A DNA stretch of 63,235 nucleotides, the filler included, from Dugesia japonica (taxonomy: Eukaryota): the NCBI GenBank assembly GCA_001938525.1. It is 6 parts of 6 records of this genome, joined end to end, with 100 filler letters (N's around TTAATTAATTAA, not from the genome) between each part and the next. Parts side by side here need not be neighbours in the genome. Positions count along the whole stretch, not along the records: positions 31,219 to 41,116 come from MQRL01641267.1; positions 41,217 to 53,485 come from MQRL01617164.1; 4 more parts are not named here. One strand, 5' to 3'. A program made the position numbers and the translations under genes. Below, one piece after another: positions 37,603-50,762 of this stretch; position 1 is the first letter of the stretch; every line of letters begins with the position of its first letter. The notes beneath the pieces are model-generated. The model was not told the origin of the DNA. It was given only the letters and a program-made list of their open reading frames with translations, and searched no databases.

Positions 37603-40600
37603 CTTTTAACTATCTTTCTTCTTTAAGATAAATCCCCTTGTCCTCGAAACCAATCCACTCAACAGCCTATTTTTGTACTTCTTTGTGATTGTTGAGATGC
37701 TTTAGTGTTTTTTATCGAAACAAGTCAACAGTTGCGTGAGTTTAAAGGATTTGAAAATATATTATGGTAATATTGAAGACCTTATAGTATCTTAATATGT
37801 AATATATAATTGATATTGAGTAGAAATAAATTATAAAATCGCCTTATTGATTAAAAAATAAAAATATTTACTTTTAAAAATTTTATTCTGATGATAGACT
37901 ACTAGTAATCATTATATCACGAGAGTAAAAAATATTTTAAGGTGTTTTGAAATACTTTAATTTAATACTTTATTTAATTAAAATTAAATTAATTAAACAC
38001 TTTATTTGATAGTATTGTTAAGGTATTAACTAAGGGGGTTGATTCTTTTTAAATTAAGTATAGGGTGGTCAGTCTAGTAAAATCCCCGCGAAGAATTTAA
38101 TCTGATGTCCCCATAAATCTAGATCTTTGGAATGGAGCCGTTGACTATCAGTTCGAGTACAGACTCACACTCCTTTGGTCCCGGTTCGTCTTTCTTAATA
38201 CTCGCTTTAATTTCCCCGACATAAATATTCCCACTATTTATTTTCCTAGTAGTCCTTACTTTATCGATTTCAGCTTTGTGAGTCGTTTAGTAAACTTTCC
38301 CATTTATTCTAGTTGAATCTGAATTAATTATAAATTTTTCTAGTTTGGGGTTAAATTAATTATCATAAAAACAGAGAAAAATGAAATTTTAACAGCAAAA
38401 ATTGTATTAAAATGCCAACTCTACTGGTGGTACATTAATCTAACAATTAGAACAATCAATAGAACTAACCTGGTCTGGATCCCGATCCGGAGCATGCACA
38501 ATGTCGTGAAATTCATTTCCCTATATTAATAGTGACTCGAGAGATCATCCATAATGTTCCATATTGGAATCAAGTCGGAAACCGTTGTACAAAGCCAAAT
38601 TAGAAAAAAACTTATGCTTAATTAATTTCATGTTCAAGATTTCTAGTCAGAGCGCGGTTTTATGTTCGGAGTTTGGTTTGAATAATTGAACAGTTTTTCA
38701 CTTCAGAAAAAGTTTTTTAATAGGTGTATTTTGTCTGAAATTGAAACGGTATTTATACCGGTTTCTCTTCACACCCTCGTTTCTTTCATTGGTTACTTGA
38801 CATCATTCGATTTTTCTGATGTTTTTAGTGGCTTGATCGTCACATGATTTCTTCTTATTGGTTGATATTTTTGAAATTCCAAAATTATTGGCCAATCTTC
38901 AAACCCTTGCATATTATTTCTTAGTGTTGTTATGATTTTTTAACTTGGATTTTCGAAAACTCTAATTTTTTCTTGACGATAATTTCCTTAATTCCTAATT
39001 TTTCCACCATGGGTAGTCGTTGTTTTTGCCATATTTTCATAAAATATATAATTTTCTTTTAAAAATAATTTGTACGATTAATTTTATTTAAATAAATAAA
39101 ATATTAATTTTATTTTCTTCCTAATTAATAATTTGATATTCATTTTTTCGTTTTCTGATCTGAAATTAATTTAAGTTCGTCTTTTTTTCTTTTATTAATT
39201 AATTCCTTTAATTTATTTTCTCTTTCTCCAATTATTAGTTCAATATGATTTTCTTAGCTTTGCTTAATGGACTAATTGTTATTCATTATTTTCTTTATCC
39301 TGTTGATAGCTTCTATTACTTCTTTTCTTCTTCTTGGCTTTCTTATTTCTGAGTTATTTCTTGCTGTAATTTTAGATTCTGCTGGTTATTACGTTGGTTT
39401 TAACTGCCACTCTTGGTTTTTTCTTTAATTATTTCTTTCTTTCACTGAACTGTGACTTTGCTTTATCTAGATTCTTTGTTTCCTTATTTGGTGACTATCT
39501 TTTCACTTTCGGCTTTACCTACCACCATTTTTATTCTCTAATCAGGTATGTCTCCCCAACAGTATATATACTCTTTTGAACGTTGTAGACCGCATATACA
39601 CAAATAAAAATTTCAAATAATTTCTTTCTTTATAAAATTATAAAAATATATTATTAGGTTTTTCTAAAACTACGGAAAAATATAGTATTGTTACATTTTT
39701 TCAACTCACGTCTTTTTTATAAAATTTGTTGATAACAAGATAATCAGAATTTTAAAAATTATTTACATATTAAACTTTATGAGTTACATCATTATTAAAC
39801 AGGAATAATAATTGTCAATTAAATGAAAATAAAAACATTCAGCTGAAATAAATAGTAATCAATTAAATAAATTTCTAACAATTTGTCAATAGAATTAGTC
39901 GGTTTGTTTGATCCTTGATTGGATTATTATAAAGAATAAAACTTTAATTATTATAAATAATCAATATAATAAATAAAGAATATATTAATCAAAATAACAC
40001 TTTAGGTTTCATGAACTTTATTAATTATAAAAAAGTTTTTACAAAAATTATTAAAATAAACAAAGCAATAGCCTTTTAGATTTTATGGATACTTTTAAGC
40101 AAATTGGTCCTATATAATTTAAATGAAAGATAACTCAGTACTTCAACTGACCACTAAGAAATTCGCACGGAGGCCCTAACAAATTGTAGCACACCGCCTT
40201 TAAGCAAAGAAACAAGAAAACGAGATTTTTTGGTCTAGCTAATTTTAAAAATGATTTTATGGAAAATACTGAATACCTGCTAAAATAAAAATTCTCTAGT
40301 AGTATTCTTCAATAAAAAGTTTATTAATAAAAGTGATATACTAGTCTGTAACAGACTATATAAAAAAACAATTCAAATATATTTTTTAAAATAAATAAAA
40401 TAAACTAGTCTTTAACAGACTATCGTTTAATAAATAAATTATTATTTTATTAATGATTACGAGAACAATCCCAGTTATTAGCCAACTGGATTTATTTTAT
40501 TTTTAATAAAAAATTGCTTGAAGTAAAATAAAATAAATAAATTAATTACTTATAGTGATAATCCAATCAAACTGTTTCTCGAATAATTTTATTGTTATAA

Positions 40601-41116
40601 TTCCCGAAAAAACTTAGACTAATTTCTGAATAGTTACCTCAATGAATTATTAATTTGTGCAAGGTATAATACTTTGCTTAAGCTTATATATTGTTCAATT
40701 TAATGTAGGTGCTTCCTGCTTTTATTTTATTAAAATCACAAAAATTGAAAAATAACAAAAGAGTGTTACCACATTTGGTAACATTTAAAAATAAAATATT
40801 AGAATTTACGTATTTACTAAATATAATAATTTTTTTTGAATTTAAAATTATTTCTTATTCTAAATAATTTTGTAACTATTTATAGTAATTTAATTTCTTA
40901 ATATAATATTTGTCCTATAACTTAAACAAAAATATTAAAATAATGTAAATTTAATTCTTGAATACTTAATTATACTAAAACTGTCCCCAGTCATCACAAC
41001 AATATACCGGTTTCCACCTAAACACCCATTTATAATTACATATTTTTTCATAAATTTCGAACTTTCTATGACAACTACAAATTTTAAACCGAATTACTTT
41101 AGCCTTTCACAACAAA

Positions 41117-41216
41117 NNNNNNNNNNNNNNNNNNNNNNNNNNNNNNNNNNNNNNNNNNNNTTAATTAATTAANNNNNNNNNNNNNNNNNNNNNNNNNNNN
41201 NNNNNNNNNNNNNNNN
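41117..41216. other. Artificial contig linker
   Basis: TTAATTAATTAA at 41161-41172 between 44-N runs. Confidence 0.95.
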
Positions 41217-44200
41217 ACTAAAATTAAAAGTGAATATATTAACGTTACTTGTGCTATTGAAAGTCAACTAAAAATAATAGGAAGTATTATATTAAAAATT
41301 ACACTCAATAATCAAACAGAATATATTAAGTTTTATGTTGCAGAAAGTATTTCTCCTAGTGTTATTGCATGAATTGATTTTTTATCTAAATTTAATATCA
41401 AATTAAAAATGCTAAATTATATTGATAAAGAAATATTGGAAATAAAATCTATGAACTTTAAAAATGAAGTGAATGAAAATATTAGTGATTTAAGTGAACG
41501 ATTTTCAGAAATTTGTTATGAAAGATAAATGGGATGTAAGTAAGACAACTATATTAAAACATGAAATTGTTACCCATGGTTGTCCAGTTGTAGTGAATCC
41601 TAGGTGACAACTTATTCATTTAAAAGATAAAATTAATAAGGCTATTTTAGAAATAAAAGAAACGGGCATAATTAATCAATGTGATTCTGAGTGGAATATA
41701 CATTAGTTTGTATTTGGAAGAAAAAGAAAAAATACATTAGAATTTGCTTGGATTTTAGATTATTGAATAATATAACGGAGAGACCAATGTTCTTAATACC
41801 AAATATAGGAGAAATCCATGATATTTTGAATAGATCAAAATATTTTACAACGATAGATTTGGAAAATGCATATTACCAGGTATAATTAGAGGAAAGTTTA
41901 AAATACAAAACTGTATTTTCTACAAAGTCTGGCCAATTTTGCATCAATTTTGCATTTGGAATACCTGCAGCACCAGCAACATTTCAAAAATTAATGATAA
42001 AAGTTTAAGGACCCTAAATTGGAAGAAAGCAATTGTTTATCTTGATGATATACAGATATTTTCTAAAATTGAGAAAGAGCAAACAAAAAGATTGGAAAAT
42101 GTTTTTAATCAAATCAAAAATTTAGATTTGAAATTAAGTTCTAATAAATGTGTATATATGAAAAGTGAGATTAAGTTTCTGGGCCATATCATTTCAAAAG
42201 ATGGTTTAAAAACACATCAAGAAAAGATAAAAACAATTAAAGAATTTGAACAACCTAAATGTTTGAAATAATTTCGTGCATTTTTTTGGCTTACAAATTA
42301 TTACAGAAAAAATTATTAAAAATTATTCAAAACACTTATGTGGAAACAATAAAAATTAATTAGTTTTGCCAGATCAATGTGAACAAAGTTTTGAGGCTTT
42401 AAAACGAGAATTAATGAATACTCCTATGCTTATTTATCCAGATTTATTCAAAGAATTCATACTAGATACAGATGCTAGCTTTTACACAATTTGTGTAGTA
42501 TTATCACAGTCAGATGAACAAGGCAATGACCTGGTTATAGCTTATGGATCAAAAGCAATGAGTAAGCATGAATTAGGCTATTGTTTAACCAAAAACGAGC
42601 TTCTTGCAATATATTATCTTACGGAACATTAAAAACACTATTTATACGGGAAAAGATTTAAACTTCGAACTGATCACAATGCCATAACTTTTATGATTAA
42701 TACAGAAAAACCGATTACTCCACAATTCCAGACATGGATCAATTAACTAAGTAGTTTGGATATGATTATGGAATACAGAAAAGAAACTGTCATTTAAATA
42801 CTGACGCAATGTTGAGGAATAATTGCAAAACATGTATTTAATGTCAAATGAATCATGAGAATCCGAATAAAGGGAAAATGAAAATAAAAATCTTAGCAAT
42901 TGAGCTTAAAACAAATGGTAATATGTGGGAAGAAAACTCTTAAAAAATTAATATTATAAAAGGTAACTTAAAATGGTGAAACGAATTCAAATTTTAAGTT
43001 TTCAAATGGTTTCATAATGACAAATAATAATAAAATTTAGATTTCTTTGTAATGCAGAAAATTATTTGTAAGAAATTAACACGAATCATTATGACATATA
43101 AGTTCTCGAAAAATGGCAACTCATATAAGAGCAAATTATAATATGGAAGGTCTAGAAGAAATAGTAAAAGAGCCTAAGAAATTTAATTGCGAAATCCTAT
43201 ACTCTAGTTCATATCATCATAGTACAGTGCAGTCCCGTTAACCCGCGGTCACTGGGGTTCATGATCTGCCCTTCGGGTTAAGTGAAGCGCGAGTTATATT
43301 TTTTATTTAACAAATAAGAAAGAAAATGTACAAAACAAATAAAATACATTTATTATTAATACATATATATGTACAAATATAACAAACAATCCCTTTTTAA
43401 TCAACCAGTCTGTAATATTAAGTTGTTTTCTAGAACTGTTTTGAAATGTTTTGCATTTCTGGAACATAGTTCCTGCTTGCAGAACTCGGGTATGAATGTA
43501 TTTTTGTTCATAATAATCCATTAAAACTAAGTATGTGTAAATTCAGGAGCCAAGGCAGAATTGCGGGTTAAGAAGAACTGTGGGTTAACGAGGCGTGGGT
43601 TAACGGGACTGCATTGTAGTAATGGAGTAATTGAAAAACAATTTCGATTTATATGAGATACAATTCATATTAGCTTGCAGGATAAGAAAAAGCAGGACTG
43701 GGNCAAAAGTTTAACAGAAATAGAATTTATGCTGAACACCACAATTTTACAGTAAGACGAATGTATCTCCAGCTGAAATAGGTTTTAGGAAAAATTTACA
43801 CAAAAAATGTATTGTTAAGAATGATAAAAACAATGTAAATTAAAGAAATATAAAGCGTAAAAGAATAATAAACAATTTAAATAACTATGAAAATTCCAAA
43901 AATTTAGAAAAGAATAATACAGATAGGAAATTTAATATTGGTGACGAAGTTTTAATTAAAAGAGAAAGTCCACATAAAGAAGAATGATTTCCAATATGAA
44001 AGACCATATCAGATAATGAAGTTCATATCAGATAGGCAAGTAGAAATCAAATTTCCTCACGGTTCAAATTACAGAAGAATAGAATGACTAAAGAAGCGGA
44101 AAGTATTTTGAAAAGAGGAAGAGTTACAATGATTAACACTTTGTTTTAATATTATTTAGAAATTGTGTAATTTTGATTTGTAATAAATGTTTAAATGAAG

Positions 44201-44224
44201 TCTGATTTTGAAAGTAACTTAACT
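41217..44224 (+). mobile_element. Gypsy LTR retrotransposon, decayed pol (RT-RNase H-IN) with PPT and 3' LTR 44122-44224
   Basis: IRICLDFRLLN, TIDLENAYYQV, VYLDDI, FILDTDAS, LRTDH, SSSYHHS/SNG; PPT GAAAAGAGGAAG before AGTTACAATG...TAACTTAACT. Confidence 0.88.
43225..43616. mobile_element. Tc1/Tigger-type MITE inserted in the Gypsy integrase
   Basis: TA|CAGTGCAGTCCCGTTAACCC ... GGGTTAACGGGACTGCATTG|TA. Removing it rejoins the integrase 'YHHS.NG.IE' motif. Confidence 0.85.
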
Positions 44225-47117
44225 CTAATATTTATGATTTATCTAAAATCCATATCACTAAATTTTAACTATTGTTTCAATCTGGGATATAACTCAAAGC
44301 TGGATTGGTTATCTCGTTATTTCCAACTATTTCTTATATTTGCGATGAACTTTTGAACAAGTTTTTATTCATTTCTGCCTCTCTAATTTGTAATGAATTT
44401 TTGAACAAACTTTGATTCCTTTCTATTTCTATATTCTGCCAGTAATTTTCTCTTTCCGCTCAGCGTAATTGATTTTTCTTTAAAAGCTTATATAAACATT
44501 TTCTCTGTTCAACTTTCCTAATAATTTTCTCATTCAATTTCATGACATAATTCAGTAAACTTTAAAAACATTTTCCACTTCAACTGTATAATATTTCTCA
44601 TTAAACTTTATTAACATTTTCTCTTTCAATTGCAGAATATTTATCATACTTATTTCTTTTAGAAGGAGCACGATCGTTAGGCTAGTCACTCGAGTTTATA
44701 CATATTTTATGTCTAAAAACAAAAACAAAATTATTTTCTTCTTGTGGTTTGCAATCACCAAAAAATTGTTCGAAAATTCTCGATAAAAAATTTGCTTTCT
44801 TCTCCTGCATCAGTTTTTTATGACACATGATGTTAGTTGTTCGCCCGATTTCATTGGTCCACCAACCATTTTCCTCTCGATATTATTATAACCATCGATT
44901 TGTGACACCACCTCTCAAATTGAAAAATGCATTAGCGCACCCGACTATGATTGACAGCGAATTTGGAAAACCAAATTCGCGTTGCCATGCTGGTAGCCTT
45001 TGTTTAATCAACAATTTCAATCTCTAAATTTTCGTTAGTTTGGATTTTGGAAAATCCAAACTAACTAGTGACTGGACTGGTTGGTATTATTTTTGTTAAT
45101 TAACGAAATAATAACAAAAAATTATAATAAAATAATATTAAAAGAGACTTTTCTTTTTATTATAGTAATAATATAAGGTTTTAGAGACCTCTTTATTTAT
45201 ATCATAGTATATTATTATTATTTTTAGTAGTATATTACTCAATAATATTCATTTCATAAATAAATAAATTTTTTTTGCTTTTCAAATATGGGTCTTCCAT
45301 GCCTGAGTTTCTTTTTTATCATAATAATTGAATAATAATAATGATAATACTAATAATAATAATCACGCAATAGTTATGATATTGTCTGGTCCAGCACTTG
45401 TTTTTATTCTTCAATCGATTTTCTTCTTCATTATTTGGGTATTTCGTGTTCTCATTTCATTTTTATTATTATTCTCATTATTTTGCATTTTTAACTTACT
45501 CGAAATTCGCCGTTTTAACCCGACATATTTATGCTTAATTCGTTTTCCAAGTCTTAATTTTTCAAGTCTTAATTCGTTCTCCAATTAAGTAAATTTGCGT
45601 AATAACAACCCTAACAATAACTATGTCCATTTATTATTTTATATGGTTATTATGATTAAATATTTTAACCATACATTTTTTTAACGAGTTTAATTAAATT
45701 AAAAAAATATTAATAAAAAAATATTAAAAAATAATTTTACTGAAATATTAAGATGAATTATTTAATAAAAAAATTATATTTTCAAGAAAACCTTGTTATG
45801 AGCATGATTCTATTTAAATATATTATTTGAAAATATTTTTAAGAATTTAAATCAAATAATAAATAAATGTGTCTTCTATGGTTTGGCTTACTCAAATAAA
45901 ATAAATCACTCGTAAAAANAATTTCTCAAAATTTATTTATGCCAAAAGTTTTCTGTTTTAGAATTTTTTTGAAATTTATTTCAAAAAAAATTGTTTTAAA
46001 GGTTTTTAAAAGTAATTTCAACAAAGATTATGATGGAAAAAATAATATGAGATCATATTTAAAATTAACTTAACAAAATAAAATTTTTCAATATTTTCAT
46101 AAATAAAACTTTTCATATAATTTTATATCAGTGTTTTAATGGAGATTCGTTTAAATTAAGATTTGTTTAAATCGTAAATAGAAATAATGAGTTGCGGCAT
46201 TAGTTTATGTGAGTTCAATAAATAATTCATATCAATTAAAAATTTTCCTTTTTCAAATTTCAACTTGATAAAAAAAATTATTTGGATTCATAAAATGTTC
46301 AATGATTTTCATTTAATATGATTTTTATTTCTGTTTTCAATTTCCATTTAATCGTTGATTTAATTTCAGTTTTTAAAAGTTGATTCTATTAAAAATGAAT
46401 TAATGAATAATGAACTAATTATAAATATTCAAGTAAATGAAGTAAAAGGAAATTAGTAGTAAATTAATTTTACCCCAATATAACTTATTTACAGAGTATT
46501 CTGAGGCAATTTGCTTTTATTATAATATTTTCTCTTTTTAATGAATTTATAATTTGACCGTCATTGAATATTTATAATGCATTTTAACCATGTTTTTATG
46601 ATTAAATTTTCTGGGAAACTTGTTATCGATATATTGATCTTACAACTTTAGGATTTAATCTATATATATGTAAGAATTAAAAATTGAAAATCGCAATTTA
46701 AAGTTTGAAGAAAATGTTTTAAAAGATTTCAAGAATTTTTTAAAAAATTTAAAATGTTTGTTTAAATATTCAGCTTTTAAAAACATAGTTTTTTGGAAGA
46801 TTTGGGGATTTAAAATTTTGTGTTATAAATAAAAATTTATTGGATTTAATGGACTTTTTAGAAAGTTTATCAGTAACTAACAATATATATTTTATTATTG
46901 AGCCATTTTAGTTCTGTCATTATAACTTAAATTAGATTGCTCTTAAAGCACTACATATTCATTAATTTTAGCTTTAAATGATTCTAGTTATAATTTATTA
47001 TTTGATATTTTAGTCTTTTATTATTGCTATGATTCTAATCTTTGTTTATTATTTTAAGTCTTTTAATATTTTAAATTTTGTCTTAGAATTTCATTTATTG
47101 ACCACGCCTCATACTAT

Positions 47118-48537
47118 AGTTACAATGATTAACAAATTTGTTTTAATATTATTTAGAAATTTTGTAATTTTGATTTGTAATAAATATTGAGATTAAGTCT
47201 GATTTTGAAAGTAACTTAACTGGTGACCACGACGAAAATGTTAATGTATTGACATGCCAACAACAACGAAAATTAATTTTAGAAGCCTTGTATGGCTGAA
47301 AGAAATCGACAAATGGCTCATTGTGAATGATTTAAGCTTAATGGGCATTTTCAATCTTTTGTTATCAGAAGAAACCGGAGTTTTATGGAAAAATTTTAAG
47401 TGGGACTCAATTACAAAAGAAGATGTAAAAGTGGTTTGTAGACACTTTTACAATAAAAAATATTCTATCACAGAAATGATAATGGAGCTTGCAACAGTTA
47501 AACAAGAATCAGAAGAGAGATTTGTATATTATTACTGGCCTGCAATGATGGAGACTATTAAAATTACTTGAATAAATGTGTGATTTGTGCAAAAAGGAAA
47601 ATTGATCAAGAAAGAACGAAAGAGCTGCTGTTACCTAGAAAGTTTCAAGATATTTTGAAACAAATTGTGGTAAATATTGCTCATATAGAAACAGTGGCAT
47701 CAGAAAAAAAGTATATGATGGTGAATATCGATCGGTTTAGCAAACTGGTAAGTACATATATCAGCAGTTTCAAATATAGATGAAAAAACTATTTTTGGAA
47801 TAATTTTGAATATATGGATATATCGTTTAGGCAAACCGTAAAGCATATTAACCGACAGAGGGAAGGTGTTTGAGAGTAAATACATGTCAGAGAAGTTAGC
47901 AAAGTTTAATATGAAAAAAGAGTTCAGCTCTTTGCACCACCACAAATCGAATGGACTGGTAGAAAGAATGATTCGTACGATAAGANATATGATTACAACT
48001 TCACTTAAAGGAAATTGTAGTGAGTAAAACTGGGATGCATTACTTCCAAAAATTGAGTTCAGTATAAACGCTACTGTTCAAGAGTCGACTAAATTGCCAC
48101 CTTTTGAGATTATTTTTGGAAGGTGGATAAATGTGCATTTCTGAAAACAAAACAGTCAATCTAGAGAGAGTTAGATAAAATTTAAATGAAGCAGCTAATA
48201 AAATGGCAAAATTTGAAAATGAAAAGCGTGGAAAGAGAATTTTCAAAGTGGGGGAGTAGGTGTTAGTTAATGTAGAACCACACAAAAGAAAGAAGAATGA
48301 TTTCCAATATGAAAGACCATATCAGATAATGAAGTTCATATCAGATAGGCAAGTAGAAATCAAATTTCCTCACGGTTCAAATTACAGAAGAATAGAATGA
48401 CTAAAGAAGCGGAAAGTATTTTGAAAAGAGGAAGAGTTACAATGATTAACACTTTGTTTTAATATTATTTAGAAATTGTGTAAATTTGATTTGTAATAAA
48501 TGTTTAAATGAAGTCTAATTTTGAAAGTAACTTAACT
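47118..48537 (+). mobile_element. Internally deleted LTR retrotransposon (about 1.4 kb) with 103-104 bp LTRs
   Basis: LTRs 47118-47221 and 48435-48537 (AGT...ACT); PBS TGGTGACCACGACG (tRNA-Trp-like); PPT; gag start joined to integrase (YYWP..CVIC, IDRFSK, LTDRG, SNGLVER); flanks CTAT/CTAA. Confidence 0.85.
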
Positions 48538-48897
48538 CTAATATTTGCGATTTATCTAATTCTTGCCATTATACTTTAATAACTTATTGCAGTTTAAATA
48601 AATGAAAATTTAATTATTGTCTCTAATGATGTGATTAGTCAGATCTTTATTTGAATTGATGCAAACTTAAACGGCAAATAAATATCATACAGTACATCGA
48701 CACTTTTGTCACACAGACGAACTGGTCGACAAAATTACAGAGATGCAAAATTTTGAAATTAAGTAAAAGTTGTTAACTTACAATATGCTCTAGAGTAAAT
48801 GACGATTTGAATCTATAATAATTGAATAAATAAAAGAACAGCTGGTAAAAGATTACGACGAGATGTCATCAGAAAGAAATACAAATTAAACCACTAT

Positions 48898-50049
48898 GAG
48901 ATCTAAGATGGTAAACTATGCTTGTATAGTTTGAAACCAGATAAAACTCTGGTGGAGGAACGCAGCGGTTTTGACAAGTAAATCAATCNTTAGACATGAG
49001 TATGGGAGCAAAAGACTTATCAAACCATCTAGTTGCTGGTTCCTTTCGAAGTTTCACTCAGGATAGCTGACATTTGTTACAGTAGTTTTAGCTGGTAATG
49101 CTAATGATTATAAGTATTGGGTACAAAATGTATTCAACTTATTCTCAAATTTTAAATGAGTTGGAAGTGCGTCTTTCTTCATTGAAAATGGGCATCGAAT
49201 ACAAGTGTCATCTGAACTATTTTTAATAAGCAGACTTCGCGATGTGGGATGAACCAAACATCTAGTTAAAGNGCCTAACATAACGCTCATGAGAACCCAC
49301 AAAAGATGTTATTTGATAAAGACAGCAAGATGATGGACATGGAAGTCGTTCTTTGCTAAGAAATGTGTAGCAACTCACTTGCCGAATCAACTTGCTCTGA
49401 AAATGGATGGCATTGTAGCGTTGGATTTAACCAGAATGATATCCTAAGTTTACAAAAACGAATTAGTGATATCGTGTAAGAGGGTGCCGTGGTTACTAAG
49501 AAACAACTGGCGTAGGTCAGAGTGAAGCGGTCATGGGTACATATCTTGGTAGTAGTATCAGTTATTCAAGTGAGATCCTTAAAGACTGAAGTAAAGAAGG
49601 GTTCCATATCAACAGCATTTAAAGATGGGTTGGTTGGTCCTTAGCGATTTAGTAGTTCAGTTATTAGAAAGATGTGAAAGACATTAAAAATATTGTTTAT
49701 AATTTATTTTAGCCTCTTGAAGCAAAAGAGAATCAGTTTACTATTAGTGAACTTGAATATAGAAATTTGGTGGTTTCAGCAACATAAGTAGGTAACACAA
49801 GTGATCTCAGAGACGTCACCAAGTGTTTTGGAAAGAGTTCTCTTTTTTATGTATACATAAAAATGTCCCTAAAATCAGGATATCTAGAGAAAAAGATGTA
49901 AAATGTTAAAATCATCACGTTTCAAGTGGTGTCCAAAGCGCTATTGATAGCCCATGAAAATCTGATGGAGCAATTATAAATTTAATATCAATCCGTACCG
50001 ATATCTGCAGAAGGTCTTTAAGGTGAGCAGCCTAGAGTCTTAGAACAAT
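48898..50049 (+). rRNA. Degenerate 28S (LSU) rRNA fragment, probable pseudogene
   Basis: Conserved blocks with substitutions: AAGATGGTAAACTATGC, AAACCATCTAGTTGCTGGTTCC, GTGTAGCAACTCACTTGCCGAATCAACT, ATCTTGGTAGTAGTATCAG, CCGTACCGATATCTGCAG; ends at TAGAACAAT. Confidence 0.9.
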
Positions 50050-50762
50050 CAAAGATGGTAAGATCAACGAATGCAGTGCCATAGGACTGGAACAACCGTA
50101 TGACAATCAATTGGTTCGTATATTACTCTAGTAATATGATGTGGCGTAGTCACATAAAGAATCAAGCAATTACGGTTGAAATATTAATAATACTTGTAAT
50201 ATGTATATTACGTGTTCTTAACTGCCTCATAAAAGATGCTTACTTGCAATTGATTCTGTCTGTATGCAGCGGAGTCATGGTGCATTATGAATAAACTTGA
50301 AAAAGCTCAAATGAAGTTTTATTTGGTCTGTTCAGGTGCATTTGATATGTTTTGGCTATATGTTGCACGTATGTTTTAAGTAAATCTTTACAAATTTAAA
50401 TAATTATTTTAGTAATTTTAATAAACTTTAGTAAACTTTAATAATTTTATTAATTTTTATTTGATTTTTAGTAAATCTTTCTCCCCTTATATGATTTGAA
50501 ATAAATACTGATTTAGTTTACTAACTGCATTTAGTTAAAGAAGTATTACATATAGAGACGGGTAACTGACTTTTGTGCGGTCAGGTTTTATAGTGAAGGT
50601 GTTGGTGGATATTTCAATGAAAAGGATTTTTAAAAATCAAGGTATGCTGTAACTTTCTTTTCAAACTTGATTGTATAAAACTTGCCAGTAAGAAGGCTGT
50701 AACATCCGTAACTTGACTGTTTGAAGTGCACTGGTTTACCACGTGCATACCAATCATAAAAT

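Noticed and set aside
38000-39600. Possible non-LTR ORF1/endonuclease remnant on the minus strand
   Set aside because: Only a weak 'TDHP' word and purine skew; too degenerate to call.
44340-45060. Minus-strand repetitive coiled-coil-like remnant (AACATTTTCTCT.TTCAA repeats)
   Set aside because: No sustained frame or recognisable motif.
49108-49302. Minus-strand ORF
   Set aside because: Lies within the 28S rRNA fragment.
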